Shown: positions 1 to 10,275, counted from the first letter of the stretch. The stretch: 58,219 nt of DNA from Candidatus Erginobacter occultus (GCA_030765265.1 JAVCCZ010000190.1:1-58219); one strand, 5' to 3'. Notes: generated by a model not told the origin, from the sequence alone. A program made the numbers and translations.

Positions 1-21
1 GCGCCTACCTACATAGACTTT

Positions 22-100
22 GTCATTGCGAGGAACGAAGTGACGAAGCAATCTCATCACAAACTAAACAGATTGCTTCGTCGTCCCTCCTCGCAATGAC
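22..100. repeat. Short palindromic element GTCATTGCGAG...GAAGCAATC/GATTGCTTC...CTCGCAATGAC (core of the repeat family at 4765, 14928, 39881)
   Basis: GTCATTGCGAGG (22-33) is the reverse complement of CCTCGCAATGAC (89-100). Inner arms ACGAAGCAATCT/AGATTGCTTCGT also pair. The same core recurs three more times in the window. Confidence 0.9.
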
Positions 101-138
101 CTGGTTTTTGGGGTTTTCGTTCAGACACTACCTGGATA

Positions 139-822
139 ATGCAGATGAGAATTCTTCTGGTTGAAGATGATCCGGAAATCGCCCGTTTCGTCCTCCGGGG
201 ATTGAAACGGGAGACCTTCGCCGTGGACCACGCCAAAAACGGCGAAGACGGTCTCCATCTCGCCCTCACCGAAAACTACGACGCCGCCGTCGTAGACATT
301 ATGCTTCCCCGGCTGGACGGGATATCCCTCATCCGGAAGTTGCGGGAAGCGGGTCGGAACACCCCCGTCATCATCCTCAGCGCGAAGAGGTCGACGGAAG
401 AGAAGGTCGAAGGCCTGCGATCGGGCAGTGATGACTACCTGGGCAAGCCCTTTTCTTTCACCGAGCTCCTGGCCCGGATCCAGGCCCTGATCCGGAGGGC
501 CACGGGAACGCCGGAGACCACTTGTTTAAGGGTGGGAGATCTCCATATGGATTTGCTCAAGCGGGAGGTCACCCGGTCCGGCCGCTCAATCGTCCTTCAG
601 CCCCGGGAGTTCGCCTTTCTGGAGTACCTGATGAGAAACGCGGGCCGGGTGGTGTCGAAAACTATGATCATTGAGCACGTCTGGGACTACAATTTCGAGC
701 CCCAGACCAACATCGTCGAGGTAAGCGTCAGCCGGTTGCGGAATAAGATCGACCGGGATTTCGACAAACCGATGATCCATACTATTCGCGGTGCGGGTTA
801 TGTGGTTAAGGAAAGTGTTTAG
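139..822 (+). CDS. OmpR-family response regulator, CusR/CopR/CzcR-like
   Basis: Receiver motifs ILLVEDD, DIMLP, DDYLGKPF. Winged-helix C-terminus VWDYNFEPQTNIVEV...IHTIRGAGY is typical of heavy-metal response regulators. Confidence 0.93.
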   Translation: MQMRILLVEDDPEIARFVLRGLKRETFAVDHAKNGEDGLHLALTENYDAAVVDIMLPRLDGISLIRKLREAGRNTPVIILSAKRSTEEKVEGLRSGSDDYLGKPFSFTELLARIQALIRRATGTPETTCLRVGDLHMDLLKREVTRSGRSIVLQPREFAFLEYLMRNAGRVVSKTMIIEHVWDYNFEPQTNIVEVSVSRLRNKIDRDFDKPMIHTIRGAGYVVKESV

Positions 823-2200
823 TCGGCCAAGGACGGTGGCCTTTCGCCTCACCCTCTGGTATGCGGCGATTTTTCTGCTGGTATCGGCGGGGGTTTTCTC
901 CTCCATATACTTCCTGGTTCAGGCCTATCTTGTTGAGCGGATAGACAGATGGCTTGAAGCCGAGGCGCAGGAAAGCGCCGCGATGCTGAGCCAGGTGAGC
1001 CTGGAAGAACTCAAGGAGGATATCTCCGCCGAGGAGTCGGCGATCGGGGAAGATAAGGTGTTCTTCCGGTTGGTTACGGCGGAAGGCAGGGAAATCGCCG
1101 TTTCCGACCTCTCGGTCTGGAGCAATTTCTCTCTGGCGGAAACGATGTCCGGTCGGGTTAATGATTCCGTCCCGGCATTCCAGACTGTCCTCTTCCCCGG
1201 CGACCGGCATAAGACGAGGATCGTTCAGGTCTTCATCGCTCCGGGGGTGATTTTTCAGATGGGGCAGAATATGAAGGCCGAGGATGGGTTTATGGCCCGT
1301 TTGAAATTCATCTTTGCCTACGTAGGCTTCGGGGCGGTGCTCCTTTCATTCTCGACCGGCTGGTTTATGGCCCGGCGGGCTCTCTCCGGGGTCGAGGAGG
1401 TAACGCAAGCCGCCCGGCTCATCTCCGACAGTACCCTGGACAGAAGGGTTCCCCTCAAGGGCACCGATGATGAAATCGATCGTCTGGCTTCGACCTTCAA
1501 CAGTATGTTGGAAAGAATTCAGTCTCTGATCACGGGGATAAAGGAGATTAACGACAATATCGCCCATGAATTGAGAAGCCCTATCACCAGGATCCGGGGT
1601 AGCGCCGAGATGTCTCTCTCTCTCGAATCATCCGCGGAGGAGTTGAAATCGGTCGTCGCGGGCACCGTTGAGGGCTGCGACCAGTTGTTGTCCCTGATCA
1701 ACACTATGCTCGATATCTCCGAAATGGAGTCAGGTATTAGGAATCTGAACTGTTCGGTCATCGATATCTCGGAGGTTGTAAATAGAGGCGTGGAAATCTT
1801 CCAGCCCGTGGCCGAGGAGAACGGGATCGGGCTTTCCGTTCAGACTCCTATTTCCGTTCAAATCCGGGGAGATACCAGGAAACTGCAGCGGGCTTTGGCC
1901 AATCTGGTTGACAACGCTCTCAAACATACCCCAGCCGGGGGATGCGTCTCCGTCTCGTTGAAGGAGAAAGGCGGAGAGGTTTCGATATCCGTCCGGGATA
2001 CCGGAACGGGAATCCCCTTGGCTCAATTGCCTCACGTCTTCAAGAGATTCTACCGTAGTGAAAATGAAAACGGAAGCGGCAGTGGTCTCGGACTCAGCCT
2101 CGCCCGGGCCATCGTCCGCTTCCACGAAGGCGAGATCACTGTCGAGAGCGTTCCCGGCGAAGGAAGCACCTTCACCATCGTCCTTCCCTCAGTAGGCTAG
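800..2200 (+). CDS. Sensor histidine kinase (TM-periplasmic-TM-HAMP-HisKA-HATPase), CusS-like
   Basis: RLTLWY N-terminus, HAMP DEIDRLASTFNSML, H-box IAHELRSP, N-box NLVDNALKH, G-boxes DTGTG and GSGLGL. Overlaps the response regulator. Start could also be 791. Confidence 0.92.
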   Translation: MWLRKVFSRPRTVAFRLTLWYAAIFLLVSAGVFSSIYFLVQAYLVERIDRWLEAEAQESAAMLSQVSLEELKEDISAEESAIGEDKVFFRLVTAEGREIAVSDLSVWSNFSLAETMSGRVNDSVPAFQTVLFPGDRHKTRIVQVFIAPGVIFQMGQNMKAEDGFMARLKFIFAYVGFGAVLLSFSTGWFMARRALSGVEEVTQAARLISDSTLDRRVPLKGTDDEIDRLASTFNSMLERIQSLITGIKEINDNIAHELRSPITRIRGSAEMSLSLESSAEELKSVVAGTVEGCDQLLSLINTMLDISEMESGIRNLNCSVIDISEVVNRGVEIFQPVAEENGIGLSVQTPISVQIRGDTRKLQRALANLVDNALKHTPAGGCVSVSLKEKGGEVSISVRDTGTGIPLAQLPHVFKRFYRSENENGSGSGLGLSLARAIVRFHEGEITVESVPGEGSTFTIVLPSVG

Positions 2201-2212
2201 TTGCTACCCTCC

Positions 2213-2242
2213 CCGGAGGATTACTAAAAAGTAATCTTCCGG
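2213..2242. promoter_or_regulatory. Palindromic operator resembling a CusR/CopR-type box (ATTAC-N6-GTAAT)
   Basis: CCGGAGGATTAC-TAAAAA-GTAATCTTCCGG has 11/12 arm complementarity and lies about 90 bp upstream of the phosphatase gene. Confidence 0.6.
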
Positions 2243-2334
2243 AAAGCTTCCCGTAATACCCCGCCTGTTAGTTTTCCCGACACGAGGTCGGAATATATCC
2301 GGTTTCCGCCGCCCGTCCGCTCGGGAGGCAGTAA

Positions 2335-3075
2335 GTGGAGAACCAAGCCCGTTTCCCGATCTCGTCCGCGGATATGCGCAGAACGAGATTCAAGCTATTT
2401 CTCCTGATCTTGGGGGTTGTTCTCGGTGCTGTGGGCATCGACTGGTTTATTCTCCACCGAAAGCTCGGGCCCGATATGGTCTGGGTGAGCCACTCTCGGG
2501 AATACCGGTTGGTCTGCCTTCAGATCTATCGCCAGGCCGCAGAGAAGCTGGAAAAAATTTCTGCCCATATCTCCCACCCCTGGGGTATAGTTATGGATCT
2601 CGATGATACCTGTTTGAGCACGATCGACTACCAGAGAGACAGGCAATTACGGTGTCTTCCCTGGTTTCGACCGGATTGGGAGAAATGGTGCCTCCGAAAG
2701 AGAGGCGTGGTGATCCCCGGCGCGGTGGAATTCACCGAAAAAGTCAGGGAACTCGGGGGACGGGTCATCCTTCTCAGCGACCGCCGGGAAGAGCTGAGGG
2801 AGGCCACCGAAGACAATCTCCGGAGGGAGGGCATTGTCTACGACGCGCTCCTGATGAAGAGCGGTAGCTTCTCCAATGCCCGATGGAGGGAGTTGTTTGA
2901 AACCGGCCCGGGAATACCGGGCATCGGGACTGTGGAAGTGGCGATGGTTATCGGTGATCGGATCAGCGATTTTTGTGACCGGGGCGGAGATCGCGAGCAC
3001 TACGGCGACTGGGGCGGGGAATTCGTCATCATTCCCAATCCCGTCGCCCCGACGAACGAGAGGGAACTGGAATGA
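2335..3075 (+). CDS. Membrane-anchored HAD acid phosphatase, e(P4)/class C-like
   Basis: N-terminal hydrophobic helix, motif I DLDDT, IPGAVEF, GDRISDF and IIPNP. GTG start with GGAGG RBS. Confidence 0.8.
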   Translation: MENQARFPISSADMRRTRFKLFLLILGVVLGAVGIDWFILHRKLGPDMVWVSHSREYRLVCLQIYRQAAEKLEKISAHISHPWGIVMDLDDTCLSTIDYQRDRQLRCLPWFRPDWEKWCLRKRGVVIPGAVEFTEKVRELGGRVILLSDRREELREATEDNLRREGIVYDALLMKSGSFSNARWRELFETGPGIPGIGTVEVAMVIGDRISDFCDRGGDREHYGDWGGEFVIIPNPVAPTNERELE

Positions 3076-3109
3076 TTATCTTCCCCGGTATTCGGTTAGG
3101 AGAGAATTG

Positions 3110-4762
3110 ATGGAATCAGCCCCGACAACCCGGAGGGGAATCCCGTTCTGGGTGGCGGCCGTATGCCTGGCCGCACTCTTCGTCGGTATCGGGGACCACG
3201 AACTGTGGACCCCGGACGAACCAAGAGTGGCGGAGGTGGCCAGGGCGATGGCCGCCGGTTCTTCCTGGCTCGTTCCCCAGCTCGCCGGGCGGCCCTTCGT
3301 GGAGAAGCCGCCCCTCTATTTCTGGCTCTCGGCCCTGATGCTGCTGACCCTGGGGAAGGTGGTCGGAGCTACCGCCGCCCTCCGGCTGCTCCCGGCGCTC
3401 TGCGGCGCTTCAACTCTGATTGTTCTCTACCGGGCGGTCAGGCGGTATCTCGGTAATCCTCAGGCCATCGGCGTTGTCCTGGTCCTGGCCACTATGTACG
3501 GATTTTTCCACGCGACTCATTGGATCGTCGTCGATCCGCTCCTGATGTTCCTGACCAGCGGTTCAGTGTTGTTCCTTTTTGAAGGCCTCGACAGAGAAAA
3601 GCCCCGGATATTGCTGGCGGGTTATCTGCTGGCGGGGCTGGCATTTCTCACCAAGGGGTTTGTCGCCTGGGCCGTAATCGGAGTTCCGGGGGTGATGCTC
3701 TTCGTCCTGTATTTCCGGACCATCACCCACCGGCCGTTGCTTCACCTGGCGGGATTCCTGCTGCTCCTCGCCCCGGTGATTGCCTGGATGGGGGCGTTCT
3801 ACCTGCGGGGAGGCCCGGAGCTGTGGCGCGAATGGTTTATTGAGAATCAACTGGGTAGATTTCTGGGCCGCACCGATTACCTGGGGCACATCCGGGGGCC
3901 ATTTTACTACCTCTCGATCGTCCCCGGGGTATTGCTCCCCTGGACCCCCGTTCTCATCGGGTGGATCGTCCGCCGCCGCTGGCGGACAATCGCGGGGTAC
4001 CCCCCGGCCGTCCGGAACCTGTATCTGACGATTCTCGCCTGGGCTTTCGGCGGACTCTTCCTTCTTTCCCTGGCCGGAACCAAGCGCGACATCTACCTCT
4101 TCCCCCTTCTCCCCGGCTTTGCCTTCCTGATTGCCACCTCTCTGGAAGGGTCGGCCCGCTGGGTTAACGCGGTTCTAAAGGTCATCTGCCTCCTCCTCCT
4201 CCTCCCGATGATCTTCTTTACCTTTGGGTCACTGGTTTGGGAGGAAGGCGAATTAACCCTGCAGTGGGGATTCAGTCTGCCCCTGCTCGCCTGTGCGGCC
4301 GGCGCCCTCTTCGCCCTGATCCGGTACCGGCGGAACATTCTCGCCGTCACCGGCGCCGTCACCGGATTGTTTTACCTGGCCGTCGTTCTGGCGGTTTTCC
4401 CGGTGATCGATCAGGCGAAAAATTACGAACCGGCGACCCGCTACATAGCCGCCGCCATCCCGATCGGAGATCGTTCTTCCGTATGCGCCTGGAACAGCGA
4501 TGAGACTACCAGGGCCATTTTTTCGTACTACACCGGATTGACCCTCAGCGACATAAGGGATGGAGGGGATTTGAAAGACAGTCTTATGCGTTTACAGAAG
4601 GTCCTCGACCTCGAAGATCCCCAGTATACCTCGGTAATTGTGCTCATCAAATACGACAGGGTATTCCCACCGGAAGGCATATCTCTGGATCCGGAACAGA
4701 TAAGGGCCAAAACGAATATGGGAATTAATCGGACCCTGTTGCTGATCTCCGGAAAAGAGTAG
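3110..4762 (+). CDS. arnT: ArnT/PMT-family (GT39/GT83) polyprenyl-phosphate sugar transferase
   Basis: WTPDEPRVAEVARAM, FVEKPPLYFW, AFLTKG, H..PFYYL and KRDIYLFPL motifs with many TM helices. ATG at 3110 follows AGGAGA. Lies next to arnBCAD. Confidence 0.8.
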   Translation: MESAPTTRRGIPFWVAAVCLAALFVGIGDHELWTPDEPRVAEVARAMAAGSSWLVPQLAGRPFVEKPPLYFWLSALMLLTLGKVVGATAALRLLPALCGASTLIVLYRAVRRYLGNPQAIGVVLVLATMYGFFHATHWIVVDPLLMFLTSGSVLFLFEGLDREKPRILLAGYLLAGLAFLTKGFVAWAVIGVPGVMLFVLYFRTITHRPLLHLAGFLLLLAPVIAWMGAFYLRGGPELWREWFIENQLGRFLGRTDYLGHIRGPFYYLSIVPGVLLPWTPVLIGWIVRRRWRTIAGYPPAVRNLYLTILAWAFGGLFLLSLAGTKRDIYLFPLLPGFAFLIATSLEGSARWVNAVLKVICLLLLLPMIFFTFGSLVWEEGELTLQWGFSLPLLACAAGALFALIRYRRNILAVTGAVTGLFYLAVVLAVFPVIDQAKNYEPATRYIAAAIPIGDRSSVCAWNSDETTRAIFSYYTGLTLSDIRDGGDLKDSLMRLQKVLDLEDPQYTSVIVLIKYDRVFPPEGISLDPEQIRAKTNMGINRTLLLISGKE

Positions 4763-4764
4763 GG

Positions 4765-4986
4765 GTAACACTTCAGCTTTATAAAAGTTCCTAATCATTC
4801 CCAAGTCTCCATCTGTCATTGCGAGGAGCCGAAGGCGACGAAGCAATCTCTTTACCCGAAACAGGTTGAGATTGCTTCTCCGTCTTCCGTCTTCCGTCTA
4901 AAGCCGGATAAAAAAGCCGGATAAAAAAGCCGGATCGCAATGACAATCAATGGTGCTACCAATAGCAACGGCTATTTTAAAGCGCT
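4765..4986 (+). mobile_element. ~220-bp MITE-like palindromic repeat, full copy A
   Basis: GTAACACTT..TATAAAAGT left end, GTCATTGCGAG..TCGCAATGAC core (4815-4944) and TATTTTAAAGCGCT right end. Co-linear with the copy at 14928-15129 and the inverted copy at 39881-40083. Confidence 0.8.
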
Positions 4987-5015
4987 AAAATGTTAAGAGT
5001 AGGGGGATAATTGAG

Positions 5016-6182
5016 ATGTTCATTCGTTCTGACTTTCTTCCGTTTTCACGTCCGTCGATTGGCCCCGAAGACATCGAGGGCGTGGTCGCGGTTTTGAAAT
5101 CCGGCTGGATCACCACCGGTCCCAAGACCGGTGAGTTCGAGGAGGCTTTCCGCCGGTACACCGGGGCCCGGTTCGCCTCCTCCCTGACCAACGGGACCGC
5201 CGGGATGCACCTCACACTGATGGCCCTCGGCATCGGTCCGGGAGACGAGGTGATATCCCCCTCGCTGACCTGGGGTTCCACCGTCAATCTGATCACTCTT
5301 CTGGGAGCGAAACCGGTCTTCGCCGAGATCGACCGCCAAACCCTGATGATAACCCCGGAGACGGTCCAGCGGGTGCTGACGGGAAAAACCAAGGCCATCA
5401 TCCCCGTCCACTATGCCGGAGCGCCGGTCGATCTCGATCCGTTCCGGGAACTGGCCGAGCAGGCGAAGGTCCTTCTGGTGGAAGACGCCGCCCACGCCGT
5501 GGGTACGGAATACCGGGGAAGAAAGATCGGGAGCAGCGGTACCGCCGTCTTCAGTTTTCACGCCATCAAGAACCTGACCACCGGGGAAGGGGGGATGGTG
5601 GTGAGCGATGACCAGGAGCTGATCGAGAAAGTCAGCCTGCTCAAGTTCCACGGGTTGGCCAAGGACGCCTGGCAGCGCTACAGCCGGCGGGGTTCCCCCC
5701 AGGTGGAGATCATCACCCCGGGATACAAGTACAATATGACCGATATCCAGGCCTCCTTGGGTCTGACCCAGTTGGCCAAGGTCGATGAACTCAACCGGAG
5801 AAGGGCGGAGCTGGCCGCCCTTTACGACCGGAATCTTCAGGGGATCGAGGAGATCCTCCACCCCGTCCCTCCGCAGTACCCCCACGCCCACAGCCATCAC
5901 CTCTACATCGTTCTTCTCGACCTCGACCGGGTGACGGTCGGCCGAGACGACTTCCTCAGCAAGCTGAAGGAGCGCAACATCGGAACCGGTATCCATTTCC
6001 GGGCTGTTCACACCCAGGAATACTACCGGGAGACAGTCGGAACCGGCCGCGGCCTCCTGCCGGAAACGGAATGGGTTTCGGACCGTCTCTTCTCCCTGCC
6101 GCTCTTCCCGTTTATGCAGGACAAGGACGTGGATGATGTCTGCGGAGCGATCGCTGACGTTGTGGGGGAGGTGAGGAAATGA
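5016..6182 (+). CDS. arnB: UDP-4-amino-4-deoxy-L-arabinose aminotransferase
   Basis: DFLPFSRP, SGWITTGPK, EDAAHAVG, FSFHAIKN (PLP Lys), GYKYNMTD and GTGIHF. First gene of the arnBCAD order. Confidence 0.93.
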   Translation: MFIRSDFLPFSRPSIGPEDIEGVVAVLKSGWITTGPKTGEFEEAFRRYTGARFASSLTNGTAGMHLTLMALGIGPGDEVISPSLTWGSTVNLITLLGAKPVFAEIDRQTLMITPETVQRVLTGKTKAIIPVHYAGAPVDLDPFRELAEQAKVLLVEDAAHAVGTEYRGRKIGSSGTAVFSFHAIKNLTTGEGGMVVSDDQELIEKVSLLKFHGLAKDAWQRYSRRGSPQVEIITPGYKYNMTDIQASLGLTQLAKVDELNRRRAELAALYDRNLQGIEEILHPVPPQYPHAHSHHLYIVLLDLDRVTVGRDDFLSKLKERNIGTGIHFRAVHTQEYYRETVGTGRGLLPETEWVSDRLFSLPLFPFMQDKDVDDVCGAIADVVGEVRK

Positions 6183-7171
6183 TGAACAAGTCCGGACCGA
6201 CAACCGTCTCCGTGGTGGTACCGGTCTTTAACGAGGAAGCCTGTCTCGAGGAGCTGATCGAGCGGACCATCCGGGTCCTGGACGGACTTTCCGATCCCTC
6301 CGAACTAGTCCTGGTCGACGACGGAAGTCACGACCGTTCCCCCGATATCATTGCCCGGGCGGCCGAAGAACATTCGGGGAGGGTGGTCGGGATAACCTTC
6401 AACCGCAACTACGGCCAGCATCGGGCGGTGCTGGCCGGCCTGGCCGAGGCGAGAGGCGGGATCATTGTCACCCTTGACGCCGACCTCCAGAACCCCCCCG
6501 AAGAGATCCCTAAACTCGTAGAGAAAGCCCGGGAAGGATACGATGTCGTGGGTTCGGTCCGCCTGAGCCGTCGGGATTCCGGCTTCCGGAAGTTATTTTC
6601 TCGGATGATCAACCAAATCACCGCCCGGACCACCGGTATTAAGATGCGTGACTATGGCTGTATGCTCCGGGCCTACCGCCGCCCGGTGGTCGATGCGATT
6701 CTCCAATGTCCCGAGCGGAGCACCTTTATCCCGGTCCTCGCCAACTCTTTCGCCGATCGGACCGCCGAAGTCGAGGTTTCCCACTCGGAGCGGCAGAGCG
6801 GGGAATCGAAATACGGTCTTCTGAAACTGGTCAACCTCCAGTTCGACCTTCTATCCAGTATGACCACCTTTCCCCTCCGCCTCCTGAGTTTGATCGGTAC
6901 TGTCATCTCCGTTCTGGGGATCGGTTTCGGCGCCCTGATCCTGGTTCTGCGATTAATCCAGGGGGCGGCCTGGGCCGCCGAGGGCGTCTTCACTCTTTTC
7001 GCGATTCTCTTCTTCTTCATCGGGGCTCAGTTTATCGCTATGGGGCTGCTCGGAGAATATATCGGAAGGATCTACCTGGACGTGCGCGGCCGTCCCCGCT
7101 ACTTCGTTAAAGAGCGGATGGGCCGGTCGGACATCAATAAACCGAGACCATCAAAGGAAGTTCAGATATGA
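6179..7171 (+). CDS. arnC: Undecaprenyl-phosphate Ara4FN transferase (GT2)
   Basis: [42 protein letters not shown] and ERSTFIP, with two C-terminal TM helices. Confidence 0.93.
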   Translation: MMNKSGPTTVSVVVPVFNEEACLEELIERTIRVLDGLSDPSELVLVDDGSHDRSPDIIARAAEEHSGRVVGITFNRNYGQHRAVLAGLAEARGGIIVTLDADLQNPPEEIPKLVEKAREGYDVVGSVRLSRRDSGFRKLFSRMINQITARTTGIKMRDYGCMLRAYRRPVVDAILQCPERSTFIPVLANSFADRTAEVEVSHSERQSGESKYGLLKLVNLQFDLLSSMTTFPLRLLSLIGTVISVLGIGFGALILVLRLIQGAAWAAEGVFTLFAILFFFIGAQFIAMGLLGEYIGRIYLDVRGRPRYFVKERMGRSDINKPRPSKEVQI

Positions 7172-9150
7172 GAGTCGTGGTTTTCGCCTATCACAACATC
7201 GGCTGCGCCGGGTTGGAAGCACTCCTGAGGCACGGATTCGATATCCGGGCCGTCTTCACCCACGCCGACAACCCCGGGGAAAACATCTGGTTCCGGTCGG
7301 TGGCTGACCTGGCGGCCGGTCGAGGACTTCCGGTTTACGCCCCCGAGAATGTAAATCACCCGATATGGACGGACCGGATCAAGGCGATGCAGCCGGATCT
7401 GATCTTTTCATTCTATTTCCGCAATCTGATATCGAAAGAGATACTCGACCTCGCTCCCCGGGGAGCGTTCAACCTCCACGGCTCGCTCCTCCCGAGATAC
7501 CGCGGCCGTTGTCCCATTAACTGGGTCCTGGTCAATGGCGAGAAAGAAACCGGGGTCACCCTCCATCATATGGTCAGCCGGGCCGACGCTGGTGATATTG
7601 TCGCCCAGAAGGCATTCCCCATCGCCGACGATGACACGGCTTTGAGTCTTTTCAGCAAGTCAGAAGAGGCGACCGTTCGACTGCTCGACGATGTCCTGCC
7701 CCTGATCAAAGCGGGAACCGCTCCCCGGATCCCCCAGGATGAATCTCGGGCGACGAAATTCGGGGGACGGCGGCCCGAGGACGGGCGGATAGACTGGAAC
7801 CTTCCCCCTGCCGATATCCGAAACCTGGTGCGGGCCGTCACTCAGCCATACCCGGGGGCATTCACCTTCAAGGGAGATAAAAAGTTGTACATCTGGGAGA
7901 CAGCGGCCGCCGACCCATCCATCCCGGCGGCACTCCCGGGTACGGTGATCTCGGTTGACCCGCTGACAATCGCCTGTGAGAAAGGAGCGGTGGTGGTCAG
8001 GCGGGCGCAGATAGAAGGTTCCATCCCCATAACGGGTGCTCAGGCCGCCCGGGAGATGGGGTTGGTTGAGGGATGGGTCCTGGGAAAGCGGTTGCTGCCC
8101 CTTACCTCAAAGAACGAACCGATCAGAATTCTGATCCTGGGCGTGGCCGGTTTTATCGGCAATGCCCTGGTGGAGCGCCTCCTGGAAGAAGATAACTACG
8201 AAATCTACGGGCTGGATCTCGATCCGGCCAATATCGAACGGTATCTGGGCAACCCTCGCTTCCACTTTGTCGAGGGGGACATCGGGATCCATCGGGAATG
8301 GATTGAGTATCACGTCCGCAAGTGCGATATCGTCATCCCCCTCGTGGCCATCGCCACCCCGATCGAGTATATCCGCAACCCCCTGGGGGTGTTCGAACTG
8401 GATTTCGAAGAGAATCTCCGGATCGTTCGTTACTGCGTCCGATTCCACAAGCGACTGGTCTTCCCTTCCACTTCCGAGGTTTACGGTATGTGTACCGACG
8501 AAGAGTTCGACGAGAATAAATCCAATCTGGTCACCGGCCCGATCCGGAAGCAGCGGTGGATATACAGCGCTTCCAAACAGCTCCTCGATCGGGTAATCTG
8601 GGCCTATGGCGTAAAAAACGGCCTTCGTTTCACCTTATTCCGACCTTTCAACTGGATCGGACCCCGCCTCGACAGCCTGGAGGCCGCCCGGATCGGCAGT
8701 TCCCGGGCGATCACCCAGCTGATTCTTAACCTGGTGGAGGGAAGTCCGGTCAGGCTGGTCGACGGGGGCGAACAGAAACGTTGTTTCACTGATGTGCGGG
8801 ACGGAATCGAATGTTTATTCCAAATTATCGAGAACCGGGACAGTCGTTGCGACGGGGAGATCTTCAACATCGGAAATCCTTTTAACGAGGCCAGCATCCG
8901 GCAATTGGCCGAAATGCTTATAGAACAATTTCGTTCCCATCCACTTCGAAGCCATTTCCCGCCTCCGGCAGAGGTAACCGAGGTGGAGAGCGGCAGTTTC
9001 TACGGGAACGGCGGCTATGAGGATATCACCCTCAGGAAACCCTCCATCCGCAAGGCCAAAAAGATCCTCCAGTGGGAACCGGTCATACCGCTGGAAGAAG
9101 CGGTGAGGAATACGCTCGACTTTTTCCTCCGGCAGACAGTCTCTAACTGA
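7168..9150 (+). CDS. arnA: Bifunctional UDP-GlcA decarboxylase / UDP-Ara4N formyltransferase
   Basis: 660 aa. Formyltransferase VVFAYHNIG and [12 protein letters not shown], followed by SDR domain [25 protein letters not shown] and [11 protein letters not shown]. Confidence 0.96.
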   Translation: MRVVVFAYHNIGCAGLEALLRHGFDIRAVFTHADNPGENIWFRSVADLAAGRGLPVYAPENVNHPIWTDRIKAMQPDLIFSFYFRNLISKEILDLAPRGAFNLHGSLLPRYRGRCPINWVLVNGEKETGVTLHHMVSRADAGDIVAQKAFPIADDDTALSLFSKSEEATVRLLDDVLPLIKAGTAPRIPQDESRATKFGGRRPEDGRIDWNLPPADIRNLVRAVTQPYPGAFTFKGDKKLYIWETAAADPSIPAALPGTVISVDPLTIACEKGAVVVRRAQIEGSIPITGAQAAREMGLVEGWVLGKRLLPLTSKNEPIRILILGVAGFIGNALVERLLEEDNYEIYGLDLDPANIERYLGNPRFHFVEGDIGIHREWIEYHVRKCDIVIPLVAIATPIEYIRNPLGVFELDFEENLRIVRYCVRFHKRLVFPSTSEVYGMCTDEEFDENKSNLVTGPIRKQRWIYSASKQLLDRVIWAYGVKNGLRFTLFRPFNWIGPRLDSLEAARIGSSRAITQLILNLVEGSPVRLVDGGEQKRCFTDVRDGIECLFQIIENRDSRCDGEIFNIGNPFNEASIRQLAEMLIEQFRSHPLRSHFPPPAEVTEVESGSFYGNGGYEDITLRKPSIRKAKKILQWEPVIPLEEAVRNTLDFFLRQTVSN

Positions 9151-9164
9151 TGAGTACGGTATAG

Positions 9165-10049
9165 ATGAAAGTTGGACTTCGAATTGATGTGGATACGCTG
9201 GATGGGGCGCGGCGCGGCTTCCCTCAACTCCTCTCTCTCTTTGCCGATCACGGGATCAACGGTTCGTTTTTCCTCTCGCTCGGCCCCGATAATATGGGAA
9301 GAAACATCTGGCGTCTTCTGCGGCCTGACTTTCTCAACAAGATTATCCGGACCCGTGCCCCGAAGCTATACGGCTGGAAGATTCTGCTCCGGGGAACCTT
9401 CTGGCCGGGTCCGTTGATCTGGAAAACCCTGGTCCCTCATCTTCGGCGGTTGACAAAGGAGGGGCACGAAGTCGGTCTTCACGCCTGGGATCATCACCTC
9501 TGGCAAGCCCGGGCGGAGCGGATGACCCGGGAGGAGATCAGGGATGAGATCGCCCAGGGGATGGACCGACTCACTGCACTAACCAACACCCCCACCCGAA
9601 TTTTTGCCGTCCCGGGCTGGAAAGGGACAAATACGCTCCTCGAACTCGAAGAAACATTCGAATTAAAATACGGAAGCGACTGCCGGGGAAGGAGCATATT
9701 TTTGCCGGTGATCGGCGGGCGGAAGATAAACGTCCCCCAGGTCCCGGTTACCCTTCCCACCTACGACGAGGTGATCGGCCGGAATGGCGTCACGGAGGAA
9801 AATTTCAACGATTACCTTTTCTCCCTGCTCAAACCGGACCGGCTCAACGTTCTGACCGTCCACGCGGAAGTCGAGGGGATGAGTTGTCGCCACCTGTTTG
9901 AAGATTTCATCCGGAAAGCCACCAAGTATGGGGTGTCGTTTGTCCCTCTCGGCTCTTTGCTCCCCGATGATTGCCGATCGTTAACTGGCGGCGCCATCGG
10001 CATCGGAAGGGTGGAAGGGAGGGAAGGCTGGGTGGCCGTACAGGAATGA
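9165..10049 (+). CDS. arnD: Undecaprenyl-phosphate Ara4FN deformylase
   Basis: GLRIDVDT, GPDNMGR, EVGLHAWDH, VTLPTYDE, VHAEVEG and GREGW. Confidence 0.93.
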   Translation: MKVGLRIDVDTLDGARRGFPQLLSLFADHGINGSFFLSLGPDNMGRNIWRLLRPDFLNKIIRTRAPKLYGWKILLRGTFWPGPLIWKTLVPHLRRLTKEGHEVGLHAWDHHLWQARAERMTREEIRDEIAQGMDRLTALTNTPTRIFAVPGWKGTNTLLELEETFELKYGSDCRGRSIFLPVIGGRKINVPQVPVTLPTYDEVIGRNGVTEENFNDYLFSLLKPDRLNVLTVHAEVEGMSCRHLFEDFIRKATKYGVSFVPLGSLLPDDCRSLTGGAIGIGRVEGREGWVAVQE

Positions 10050-10275
10050 TTTGATTGTCAGACAAAACACCGGGGAGTCAGAGCGGAGGTCCCGAATTCG
10101 GCCACCTGCTCGGGCGGCCTGTGCTACCTTCCAATCCTCCGGCCTGTAAACCGGTTTAAGGGGTAAAATCCAGGTAGAAAATAGTCAGAATAAAGGGGAA
10201 AGCCCCAATTGTTGCTTTCCGCGCCGAGTGGAATAATATTGCCCATCATTAATCGGAAACCCGAGGGGGAAACTT

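Noticed and set aside
5046-6203. Long antisense or alternate-frame ORFs (e.g. 5046-6203, 10763-11881, 27951-29363, 31301-32638, 41344-43218, 44116-45351)
   Set aside because: They overlap well-supported genes, are expected in high-GC DNA, and carry no recognisable motifs.
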